From Raillietiella orientalis (lineage: Eukaryota), in assembly GCA_036172245.1 (NCBI GenBank), contig JAYWIR010000021.1, positions 2,914,001 to 2,978,000 on the forward strand: a stretch of DNA of 64,000 nucleotides, in the 5' to 3' direction. The translations under genes and the position numbers were made by a program. Within the stretch, counting starts at the first letter, position 1, and the number at the start of each line of letters is the position of its first letter. Of this stretch, positions 11,444 through 22,054 are shown in pieces. Below the pieces are notes generated by a model. It was not told the origin of the DNA and did no database searches. It saw nothing but the letters and a program-made list of their open reading frames with translations.

Positions 11444-12335
11444 GCCCGCGTCGGAGGCTTTGTGGTTAAGACTTACGCGCGTGGCACCATGCGTCGCAGG
11501 ATGGAATACTTCTGCAGAAACTGACGTCACTGCGCCATTGGGTTCCGAGTTTCTCCTGCAATGGCGCTGGGTGGCCGAGACATTCGGGCATGGCACCGGC
11601 GGGTTTTAAGCCGGAGGCCCCCGATGGAGGTCGGAACAATGGGAGTCGACCTTCGGGTCCTCCCAGGAATCAAGGAGTGGGGAGTTCCCCTCCTGTCATG
11701 CAACGGAGAGCGGACCTCCCTCAACGGGGGATCCCGCCGGTTTCAAGATGGAGCAGGAGCCATCACGGGCACCTCTCCAGTTGTTCAAAGGAGCGGACCC
11801 CCCTGTTGCGGGGGGACCCTCCGAGTCGTTGCCTCTACACAAGAGTGCAAGGAAGCAAGCGAGAACGATCCCCCTAAGGGAAGCTGCAGAGCCCCTTCTG
11901 AGTTTCGGAAGCGTCCCTTCGGTGTTCTCTTCAGAGGAGAGAACAGGAGCTGTTCCCTTGAGGGTTCCCTCCAGAGAAGAAATTCCTACTAGCGTATCCT
12001 TTCCGGGTTCCTTCGGAGAAGTTGAAATGGAGAGGACCACCCCCCTTACGGGATGCTCCCTACGGAGGGAATGAGGAAGGGGATTCCCTTCGGAAACAGT
12101 CAGGGTGGAAGGTGCGATCCCCCCTGAAGGGGGGATCCCTCCCCAAGCGTGAGAGGAACAGACTCCGACCCTTCCTGGATTCATAGGGCGAACCCCTCCT
12201 TCTGGGGTGCCCGCTATCTTGAAGAAAACACGCACCCTCCGCGGGTGGTGTGGAACAGTGTTAAAGAGCCACGTGCGCTGCGAGGCACGCGAGGTAATTA
12301 GCGAACCAAAAAAAAAAGAAAACCTGAAAAAACTG
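11444..12335 (+). mobile_element. Structured tRNA-derived SINE-like repeat, copy B (longest copy, about 890 bp)
   Basis: It has an A-box-like tgtggttaag, a degenerate B-box and long identical runs shared with 19665-20085 and 47087-47785. It also has multiple hairpins and an A-rich tail at about 12308-12335. No target-site duplication was recognised. Confidence 0.85.
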
Positions 12336-12520
12336 AAAGACTCAACCGCCCGCCGCGGCGGCTCCAAACTTTTCTATAGAAAGAGATTTGCCTGGTGGAT
12401 GCGCTTACTACAATGGCGCTGCATTCTCGGCTGATTCAAGTTGTGTCCAGGAGAGTCTGGCAACACTGCGCCCTGGTGTGTGAACCGAACTCTGCGGCTG
12501 TACAGCATGTGAGCATTCAA

Positions 12521-12698
12521 ACTGTCGGCGGCCGCGTGTGTACGGTCTCCCCGCGCGTGGTACCAAGCGTTGCGGGCTGGAATCCCTACGCGGAGGATCG
12601 ACGCCGAGAAATGGGTACGTCGTAGGTTTCGATTCCTTTCCTCCCGCCCCTCCACAGGATGACTCTGGCTGGTCTGGAGGATTCGGGATCGGCGCTGG
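12521..12698 (+). mobile_element. Diverged 5' fragment of the same SINE-like family (copy F)
   Basis: gtcggcggcc..ccgcgcgtggtaccaagcgttgcgggctggaatccc matches the family head. The following acgccgagaaatggg..ggtttcgattcc..attcgggatcggcgctgg matches copies A, C and D. Confidence 0.65.
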
Positions 12699-13410
12699 TT
12701 GACACCCGGTCACTTGGGGGCGTTTATTTATAAAATGAACACACACGTCCGTGACAGGACTTTTGATCCTGCCACGTTGCTTACAGCTACGAGAAGGAAC
12801 TTGCCGGGATCTGGCACGCAGGCCAGCGGGGTCCGCCTTGGCAGCACAGGGGAAGGGGAGATAAACAAAAAGAAGAAATAGAACAAAAAATATACAGCTG
12901 AAAAAATGGGGGGTCAGGAAGGGATCACTGTGCGCTGGAGGGTGTCCTCTGCATCCTTGTAAGGATACCTGCAAGTTCCTGTTTCAAGGTTTCCAGATGG
13001 GGCCATCTCGACATCTTACCACCCTCATGAAGAGGGCAGCAGATTAGATGGCGTCCCTGTCGTCCTGGTCTCCTCTTGCGTTGCTCCATGCAGCTACGGT
13101 ACCGCCGCGTAGGCACCAAAGTGCTGCTGGGGATGTGGGCTGCCGGTGTGAGGGTGCCTCGCAGAAAGAGGAGCTTTAAAACGTCTCTGGTGTTACCGCC
13201 GGGTATTCCAAGGGTCGCATCAAAGCGTCCTTAAAGGGGCCAACACAGTCGACTAGGAGGTTTGGGAAGGATTCCCGCTCCCCGCACCTTGCCCAGTTTG
13301 GAACACACCCGTGTCCAATGATGCCGGCGGTCGTTGCACGGGAGGCCTCAGTGCAGCAGCATCAATGCCGACTCCTGCCACTTTAAGTGAAGAATGCGGG
13401 TGTTCATGAG
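12697..13410 (-). mobile_element. 3' fragment of an L1/Tx1-like LINE related to 2800-4905
   Basis: The C-terminus RWPHLETLKQELAGILTRMQRTPSSAQ* parallels RWLHLGATRTELAGVLNRMQRMPGSLL*. It has a degenerate finger ARCGERESFPNLLVDC, a similar T-rich 3' UTR and an aataaa on the minus strand. Confidence 0.75.
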
Positions 13411-13429
13411 TACCAGACGCTGGTTGGTA

Positions 13430-13555
13430 CTCTCTACGGGAGAAAGGGACGGGAAAACCAAAAAAAAGAAAAAACGCCGGGAACAAAGTTTTATGAGGTG
13501 GGGAGGAATAGGATGGGATCACTGCTCGAAATGGAGTGGTCAAAGCATTCTGGGA
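13430..13555 (-). mobile_element. Short third fragment of the same LINE stop-codon/3' UTR junction
   Basis: gggaaaaccaaa...gggatcactg..gcattctg resembles 2946-3066. Confidence 0.4.
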
Positions 13556-13929
13556 TATATTAGTCCCTAGGAGGAAATATCTTGGGAATCTCGGATGAAA
13601 GTCTGAGAGTTTCTGTTCTTATTCTGCAAAAGTATTCGGAATTATTGAGCCATCCATCGGAAAATGGGCAAAGCTATGCAAAGTTGAGAAGAGAATCAGG
13701 GAGACGCAAAGTTTCCACTGGTCCTCAAGGAGGGAAGAGGGAATGGTTATCTATGTTTTGTCTCTACGACGAAAGCACCAGAGAAGTAGATGAAGTCATT
13801 GCAAAAACTACTCGCGGAAGGCTGGTTAAAAGAACCGGGATACCTCGGCGAAGAAGAGCAAGGAAATCGAGAGGGATGGATTAGCGAGTGACGAGGGAAT
13901 CGGACGAACGGAAGAGCAGCGGACCTGGG

Positions 13930-14700
13930 CAGCAAGAGCATAGTTCGTCGGAGAGCAGCGTCCGCAAACAAACGGCCTGGTCCAGCCCTTGAGCGGATTA
14001 GCTTCCCTGTCGGGAGAGGCGGAGTCACATCTCCCGAGCGCTCTCCCACGGCTCCGTACGTTCACAAAGGACAGCCACACCGTCGAAACGCAAGGATAAC
14101 AACGGGGCGCACGACTTGAAATCACGCTTGAAATCTGCACCAGTCCCTCGTCCCCCTCCTCCTCGTCTTTGTGCGAAGGGAACGCCGCTACTGTTGAACC
14201 GATTCGGCTGCTTATCAGCATGACCCACGTATCACTGTCATTCATTAAGGTCACTCTGAACATCCCCACATGCTCCGTCGAAGATTCAAGGGACCTTAGC
14301 TTGCTCTATTGCGTTTTCCTTGTTTGTTGTTCTTCTCGTTCCAAGTACAATGAGTCGTTTACTTGTTTCACGAGGTCATCCAGGTCATCTGATTTTTTTC
14401 CTGACTGGTTCCTTGTTTTCCACAGTTCGCCATCTGTTGAGCAGATGCGAACGTTCGTAATCCGGACGTTGGCTGCTACTGAACTGCCGCGTGCTCCTGA
14501 CGAGAGACCGTTCATCTGAAAGGGAGCAGGTAGTTGTTGTACTCCACCGCCCCGTGCTCCGGATGTGTGCTTCCAGCTTCGCCTGAGTTTCACAGGTCGA
14601 CTTTGGGAAGCGTCCTTGGGACTGCTGGCGGGGAGTCCTTGCTGAGGCAGGCCGTTCTCCTCCTCTCCCGTTGCCAGAAAGCATGCAGACAGTCCTCCCG
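13930..14700 (-). mobile_element. Possible decayed LTR-retrotransposon gag remnant
   Basis: RICSTDGELW..LDDLVKQV is followed by two zinc-knuckle-like relics (RCYPCVST, VCGRCSPTN). The motifs are incomplete. Confidence 0.25.
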
Positions 14701-15938
14701 CAGCCCTCCCTGCAGCCAGTCGTGATTTCCGTGCTCCTTCCAAGGAGCTTCCTCTCTCTGCTCCATGAGCGCTCGGGCTTTTTCCCGAAAGTCTTCCCCC
14801 CATTACTCGGAAGGGTGCTGCTGAGCAGCTTGGGAACGTCCGTGACGAGTACACGCTTGCACGCAAGCGAGGAGGACGAAAGGAATAAACGAATGGCAAG
14901 ATGCGGGAGTTTCAGCAAAAAATTATCACGTATCTTTATAGTTACATCGTCAACTGTCTCCTTAGGCACCTAACAAATGCCCTTTTTCCTTGAATTCCAA
15001 ACCAATTACTCATCTTATTGGACCTTTTTTTTTTTTTAAAAAAAAAAAAATGGCTTGCATTTGATTCATCATCTGAAGGGAGCAAAGGATCTAGCAGGGC
15101 GCACATTGTACATCAGGGTGACAAAAAGTCAAGAAAAAAACGGCTATTATACAGTGCAAAAGAGGTCCAGAATCTTTTCGTAATTGATGAAATCCATCGT
15201 CGCACCCTGGTGCGTCTCACACGTTTCTTTTTTTTCCATATGTTGTTCACGCCTACGTTCGTAAAAGCAAACACTGAAGAAGGGGGATGTTCATCGTGTG
15301 CTCACCACCAAAAGAGATATCGGCAGTCTCTTCCGGCTCGTGACTGCTGCAGCGTATTACGTAAACCTTCTGATCTCGAAACACTAAATTACAGAGGCTG
15401 GAAGATCAACAAGTTCCTTGACTACATGCGCTGGCTGTAAGTCACCAGGGTTTTAAGAGCGAGTGAAGGCAATGCACGCATGGGATGTCACTGGAAGAGA
15501 TAGGGAAGATGGGCTGCCTGTCATTCAGCTGGCAAGAACTGGTAGTTGTACAAGACTCTCTTGCTTTTGCTCCTTTTGCCGTTCCTTTCTGTTTCTTTGG
15601 AAGTGATGTTCCCGGTGTACTGCATCCCTCACGGCGAGCATCCTCCCTTGTTTCTCAAGGCACTCTCTCTGCAGCTGCGGAACCCCTGCCGCTCGATCCG
15701 TGTCACTCCTCATTTTCAGGGCCAGGTCGCACAGGATGTGAAACGCCGGATTCTGCTCGCTTCGATGAAAGGAAAGGGATTCGAAGGGGACAACGGGGAC
15801 GTCTCTTCCAGACCAGGCAAGAGGCCCCCCGATTAACACACGGGTCTTGCATCCAGTTAGTGAAGCAACGGAACCTTGAGAACCGGAAGCATTCGGAACC
15901 TTACAAACGGACTCTCTTCCTCGAGGAAGATGCAAATA

Positions 15939-16260
15939 TCACACTTCGGGCGACCTGTCAGCGTCATTTGGATCTCCGACTATGAATTGGGAAGGGCGAG
16001 GAAGCCTTTCATGAGGATTTTTGCTAGCATCCCTTTCGCTCCCAGGGAATCTTCGCAACGTGCATCGTAGCCACCAGGTCTTCCCACCAAGAGGCACATT
16101 GACCAGAAAACGCCTTCCGACGACAAAGGCGGCCTTCAAGGGGGCTTTCGAGCACCTCCCTCCTCTCTCGTACCTCCGAGAGATTACGTGCATGCGTGCC
16201 AATCAGATGAGGCTGTGGATTATTTCTCACCGCAGGATGGAAGGAAGAATCCCTCTCGAC
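15939..16260 (-). mobile_element. Possible decayed APE-type endonuclease fragment of a LINE
   Basis: RRYERGG..RRFPGS..QFIVGDPN resembles the order RxDR..GG, YRPP, IVGDFN. Confidence 0.3.
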
Positions 16261-19200
16261 AAAGCATCCCGTCCTAAGAGGAGCGAGAGGAAAAAGAGTC
16301 GGAGGCTTTCTTCCATTCTTGGATACACGATGTTCAGTATTCATAGATCAAACGTTGATAGAGCACGAGAGCTTGACACGCGCATGTGTATCACAGCTCC
16401 GTGGGTAACAACGAATCACTTGACTGCCAAACTTCTCCAATGCCGCAGTCTAAGTGAAGTGGTTTAATTGCAGCTCGAGGAGGGAGGAAAAGTGAGGAAA
16501 GCACCTGAAAGTCGAAAGCACCCAAGCTTCAAGAATACAGGACTTTCCCGTTTCCTCGGTGTGAAGTGCGAAATCGTCCGTGAGGCGTCGAATTTTGTCA
16601 TTTGGTGAACCAGCTCTTCTGCCTGTATGCTTCAATAGCTAGCAGAGTTCCGAGGTCAGTGAGTCATTTCCTGCCTTGTATTTGCCAAAAGAAACGAAAA
16701 GAGCGGGGATCGAACCGATGCTTAGCAGATTTCTGTTTGGTGTTTTTATCGCTGCGAAGGAAAGCACGACGGTGCTTGATCGATAGAAAATAGCATGCAT
16801 GGAGTGTTTTGTCCATCATCAGCCGGAGGGCTTAGGAAGAAGGATGCAAGCTCGGAGCAAATCCCTATCAACGGGGATTAACTTCCTTCAAGGAGTGGCC
16901 AGCCAAAAAAATACCTCCGGAGAGAAGGGATTTTCGTGGTGCGAACACACCTCATTCCCGCCCAAACGCAGACACGCAAGAGAAGAAAGATGCAAGGAGG
17001 CACTGCAATCTGAACACGAAATCCATTCCATTCCTTGCATCGACTAGGTGGGGAGGAAGAGTTTCCCAATTAACGGCTGAGAACAATCGCAATGGTTCTG
17101 CGGATTTTTTCGAAGGAAGCAATTTCTTCAGGTCCATGGCGCGCATCATCTCGGGATGATTGGATGCAGAGAAGTTCGATGACGGTGGTCTGATTTGCTT
17201 AATTCAAGCAGTAATAATTCGAACTTGTACTCGGATTGTTCCCCTCCCCGTCGCCTTGCTTAGCCCTACTGAGCGATCTGTATTCGCAACTTGTGCCCGT
17301 ATTCCAGGACATTTCTTTTTTTTTTTATGAGGCCAAGAAAGCTCTTCCTGAAACGTAAGCTTCCCGAAAAATCCCCTTTGCAATCACGCTCTTTCGAAGC
17401 TGGAAGGCTTTCCAAATAAATTGGCAATGGCTTTGAAGTCACCTGAGGGACTGCGTCTCTTTGACCACCGGATCTCGGAGCTGAACTCCGAAGCTCCCAG
17501 AGCACTATCCTCATCGCTGGACCATTTCATTCCAATCCCAGGGAATTGAAGATCGGCTTCCCCTTTCCAAGAGAAAAATGAACGAATTGCATTCGAATGA
17601 GGAAGCGAATTCTCTCCGAGCTTCCTTCACCTAAAGCGGCACCTCTCCCCTGCTCCTGGATTGCAGCAAACACGGATGCAAAATCGAAATTGGAAAGTCC
17701 AGGAGTGAATAGAGAATACCGTGAATAAAGTATGTGCAGATGTTCCTACGACCTGTCTTTGAGAGAGAAGGGAAAAGAATTCCTCGCCTTCGTCCACGAT
17801 TCCGCTTCGTAATAAACAGAATGAAACTTCCGCTGAATTCTTTTGGGTTTTATGAAGAGGCGCATTGTGTTTACTCTTCTTGTAAGTAAATCTGCTGCTG
17901 TTGGCAATCCAGGAAATGGAGCTGTTCTGTTTGAAAGCCAACTGCGTCGCATTTAAATTTTCCCTGCCAAAATTTACCCTTGGACGAGCTGCATCATTCG
18001 GCATCGCATCCCTGAGAGCACAGCTGGTGCTATGATCTCTGAATTACAGAGAATGCAAGTAAGGTTTCGAGTTAAACAAAACAAGAAGAAAAGGCAGGCA
18101 CTAGTCTTCGTTTTTCTCTCTCTCCCACCCCCACCCTCCTCTTTCATTTTGCAGTGCTATTATTTGTTTTCCTTTCTCCCCTCAAAGAAGACGTAGAAAG
18201 TTCTGAAGCAAATGTCGAAAAGGAAAAGCCTTGCCACATCCACTGATCTTCATAATAGTCCAAATTGCCTCCCTCGTTTCTCTGTGAAGAGCCAAGTGCC
18301 TGCGTAAATGGGCATCGTTAAATATCACGAAATGCTAATATTCTCGAGAAATGGAACTTCCCACACAGAAATCTCGAAAAACGTTTAATTTTAGCCGGAG
18401 CAAGAAGAGAGAAGATTCGCGTTTTAAAACACAGCTTCCCGCCCTCCTACTCCCTTCCTCCGTTCTTCGTAATCATCGCGTTCTACAGGCTTTCCATTGA
18501 GGTCGCTTTCGGATTTGCTCTCCAACTGCACGCCTACGAAAGCGCAAACACTCGGGTCCCCAAGAAAGGCATCCCTTCCGTAAGAACACGGATGCTTTGT
18601 GTCTTGTCAGCAGTTTGCTGATCGAAGGATCACTCAACGACTTCCAGAGCACATAAATTCGGAGCGAGCATCTCTGTGATCGAGACGGGCTGTCGACACT
18701 CTTCACTGCTAACTTACTGCTAGAGGAAAATGCTCGTAAAACGTCATCTTCCGACGGATGCTTGCTGCATCCGTTCTTCTAGGCTGTTTGCTCTTCGGGA
18801 TGTCCGCCTGGCGATTTGATCTCTAGAGATCCTGCTTTGCTCCTCCTTTCTTTAACTAGAATGAGACTTCCGACGATAGAAGCCGGGAACACTCAGGAAT
18901 ATTCATATCTGGAAATTCGGGTGCTTTACGAGCTCACTTGCTTCATCTGTAGTCTATTGTGGATACGAAGAGATTCCTGAGCTCGTAAAATCTGAGGATA
19001 ACTTTATCTTTATGGAGATCAGAGAAGGCACACTGCAAACGTGCTATCCTGCGCCTTGATCTGCTAAGTCTGAAGCACCACTCGTAATGAGTACTTTCCT
19101 TCGTTTCGAGGAAGAATGATGAGATCACAACTCAGAGATCAAGCGATTTTCTGGCACATCGTAGATCACGAAATTTCGAGCCGAAAGTTTTTCCGGAAGT

Positions 19201-19664
19201 GTACTGACGATGATTTCGTTTTTCTTTTTAAGGAGAAGGGATGCGGGGGAACACTTTTTGACCAGCAGGCAAACGTTGCGGATGGTTGTTAAGACAAACT
19301 TCCATTTCAGACGTGATCCAGCACGGATGTGCTATGTCACTTCCAATGCCACTCGTCCTGCAGTTTACATGATGCCGTGCTTGGAATCGTTTCCTGCACC
19401 GCAAGTACGGAGCTAGTGTCTCGTGTTGCTCGCTGACCTTGTGTGAAGTGACAGTGTCATGGGGAACAAGGAACCGAAGCACTGAAGATGCTCTTGATTC
19501 AACTCCTTTTGCACGTTACTAGCTTGGATGGTACTCTGTCAGGTACGCAAGTGGGTCCCTTTATCTTAATCGGCTGGAAAATCAAGAGGAATCCAAGACC
19601 GCCAGCATTTTGTGTCGGAACGCGCTCCCGATACGATCTCGTGCGTTCTTTTCCCTCGGTGGAT

Positions 19665-20085
19665 GGGCCCGCGTCGGAGGCCTTGTGGTTAAGGCTTCCG
19701 CGTGTGGCACCAAGCGTCGCGGGTTCGAATACTTCGGCAGAAACTATGACGCCACTGCGTCGTCGAGTTCCGAGTTTCTCCTGCAATGGCGCTGGTTGGC
19801 CGAGACATTCGGGAGTGGCACCGGCGGTGGATTAAGCCGGAGGCCCCCGATGTGAAGGCCGGAACAATGGTAGTGGACCTTCGGGTCCTCCCAGGAATCA
19901 AGGAGTGGGGAGTTCACCCTCCTGTCGTGCAACGGAGAGCGGACCCTCCCCCCCCACCGGGGGACCCCTCCGGTTTCAAGATGGAGCAGGAGCCCTCACG
20001 GGCACTTCTCCAGTTGTTCAAAGGAGCGGACCCTCCCCGTTGCGGGGAGGACCCTCCGAGTCGTCGCCTCTTCACAGAGTGTGCA
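19665..20085 (+). mobile_element. Structured tRNA-derived SINE-like repeat, copy C (best head, 3'-truncated)
   Basis: The head is ggccttgtggttaaggc (A box) ..ccgcgtgtggc.. gggttcgaatac (B box) ..cggca. The body is near-identical to copies B and E. Confidence 0.85.
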
Positions 20086-20767
20086 CGTGGATGGGGCAGC
20101 AAACGCTCCCTCTGCCTAACGGCCTTCCGGGCAACAAAAGCGGAGAGTCACCCCGAATGTGACCCCAACGCGTCTTCCAGCGTGAGAGAGCCCTCTCAAC
20201 GGACGCGTTTTTCCGGTTGCGCGGGCGGCAAAAAGCATTGTGCGGCGCTCTCGGAGATCAAACGATCAAAAGATCAATTTTAGAAATCAAAAGCGGAGCC
20301 TGGGCTCGTCCCATTCAGTTCCCCGCGAGAGACCATCTGCTTTCTCCTGCTTTCTCAGACCAAATGCCATTAATCAACTCGAAGACATGATTCGGATGGT
20401 TTTCCTTTTTCCTCAACTATCCGAATGCCATCTTGAATAGTACCATTGCTGGAAGTGTTCTCGTTCCTCGCCACGGAAAAGTCTGCTCCTCCTTTGTCAA
20501 GGGTGGAGCACCCCTGACAAAGGGGACATTTTCATGCTCGATACCTTCGGAACGAAAGCATCTAAAAAGACGTGCGATTTGCACCAGAATAAGATGATTC
20601 ACAGAGGAGTAAAAGTCGGGCGAGAATAGATGAATGCGAAGGACAACGCAAGGTCATCAGAAAGAAAGCAAAACGGAGAGCTGCTATATGTTCCGACTTG
20701 ATGTGCACGGAGATGATATACGAATAAACCGCCGTAATAGGTGTTGCTGTTGTTTTCAGTATATTTT

Positions 20768-20806
20768 TATGTGCATGCGTGCGCGCGTATGCGCGCGTGT
20801 GTACAC
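20768..20806. repeat. 39-nt alternating purine/pyrimidine tract
   Basis: tatgtgcatgcgtgcgcgcgtatgcgcgcgtgtgtacac alternates throughout and is quasi-palindromic. Confidence 0.8.
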
Positions 20807-21428
20807 TAAGTGAGCTCGCATTTCATGTACCGAACCTGGTCTTCCAAGTAATCTCTTCGTTCGTTTTCGTGCACATCGACGAGGCTTTCCAGTCAGGTTC
20901 AGGGTATTGCTCTGTGGTGGACGGATGGATCTCCGTCTCACTTTTGAACACCTGCAGCATCTCGGATCATCGCACACAAATTGGCGATCTGGAGCCGGTC
21001 CAAAGTTTCCCGACCTTATTCCTAGCTTGCTGTCTCCTTCGGCATCGTCGGTTGACCGATTCGTGCCGTTCATTTGCGTACGAGGTCTCTTGTTACGGGG
21101 TCACGTGGTTTCCGTAACCTGCAGCGACCCTCCAGAACGCGTTGGTCTGCTCGGAACCTTTTTACTTAAGAAACACATGTTACCTCGAGTCCCCCGCTAC
21201 CTCAGGGATCCCGACAAACTTGCACCCCACTGAAATGCTGCCCTTGCACTTCCTGCCTCCGGAATCTTTTCCGGGGAAGTAGTTAGTGCGGAATGCTCCT
21301 GGGGAGGGAATCCTTGGGGCATAGAAAAGCCCACACATGAGAATGAAGAGATCTCATTTGGGAACTCGCTGCCTGTTGTCCAAGAGGACTACTGAGTTCC
21401 AGTCCTCCCAAGTCTAACCATCATTGGC

Positions 21429-21600
21429 ATGAATGTCACATCGGAATTCCCCGTTTGGATTCGCCTGCTACAGACTCTCTTCACCTGGATACTCGGGTGG
21501 GAGAGAATGATCTTAAATTCCTCAAGCAACTGGATTTTCAGTTGGAAATCCTCTCCAAAATGTAGTTGCGTGTGCGTGTTCCCTGTGTATATTGGTGTGC
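21429..21600 (+). CDS. Candidate first coding exon of the Dpr-like gene
   Basis: An ATG-initiated open frame ends at a strong gtgagt donor (21601) in phase 1, compatible with the acceptor at 21837. Its signal-peptide character is weak. Confidence 0.35.
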
Positions 21601-21836
21601 GTGAGTGTGCTTTAAACGGCTTCGAGTGCCCTCCCTTTTTCTGGAGAAGCACAGAGGAAGAAGGTGGAACGGATTGACGTCGTTCAGTATCTAAAAACTC
21701 TAAAGAAAAGCGTTCCTTTTCAGCGTCCTCTGGATGCGCATTGAAACGGGTTGCTGGGCACAATATCGGCAGTGCTTCCGAAGAATCCACGCACGCCTCA
21801 GTCAAAGCTGTCGCCAGCGTTGTGTTCTACTTTTAG

Positions 21837-22054
21837 GTGAAAAAGTGGATCCCAGCACTTCTTTGGAGAACAGTCCCAGTATGGAGACAAAGCAGGATGT
21901 GTCCTGGATGGATGTCCTCCAGAGGATGAACGAAAAATACGTCAACGAAATCTCTTCGAGCAAAAAGACGACCCTCACATTTCAGAACGTGACCGCCGTT
22001 ATCGGTGAACAAGTTTTCTTGGATTGTGAGGTCAACGCCTTGCTAGATGGCACC
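21837..22054 (+). CDS. Dpr-like gene exon: N-terminal linker and start of Ig1
   Basis: It has a ttctacttttag acceptor and an acc|gtaagt donor, and encodes FQNVTAVIGEQVFLDCEVNALLDGT. Confidence 0.85.

Noticed and set aside
14495..14530. Hammerhead ribozyme (CTGACGA..GAAA); also CTGATGA at about 5229, 29423 and 61510
   Set aside because: Stem II register or the three-way junction cannot be formed canonically.
15154..15209. VIDEIHRRTL, resembling DEAH helicase motif II, in a possible mini-exon
   Set aside because: It is an isolated motif with a weak acceptor, and no other helicase motifs were found nearby.
19665..19740. Functional tRNA gene
   Set aside because: A/B boxes are present, but the acceptor, anticodon and T stems do not pair properly and the sequence continues into a repeat body. 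It is treated as a SINE head.
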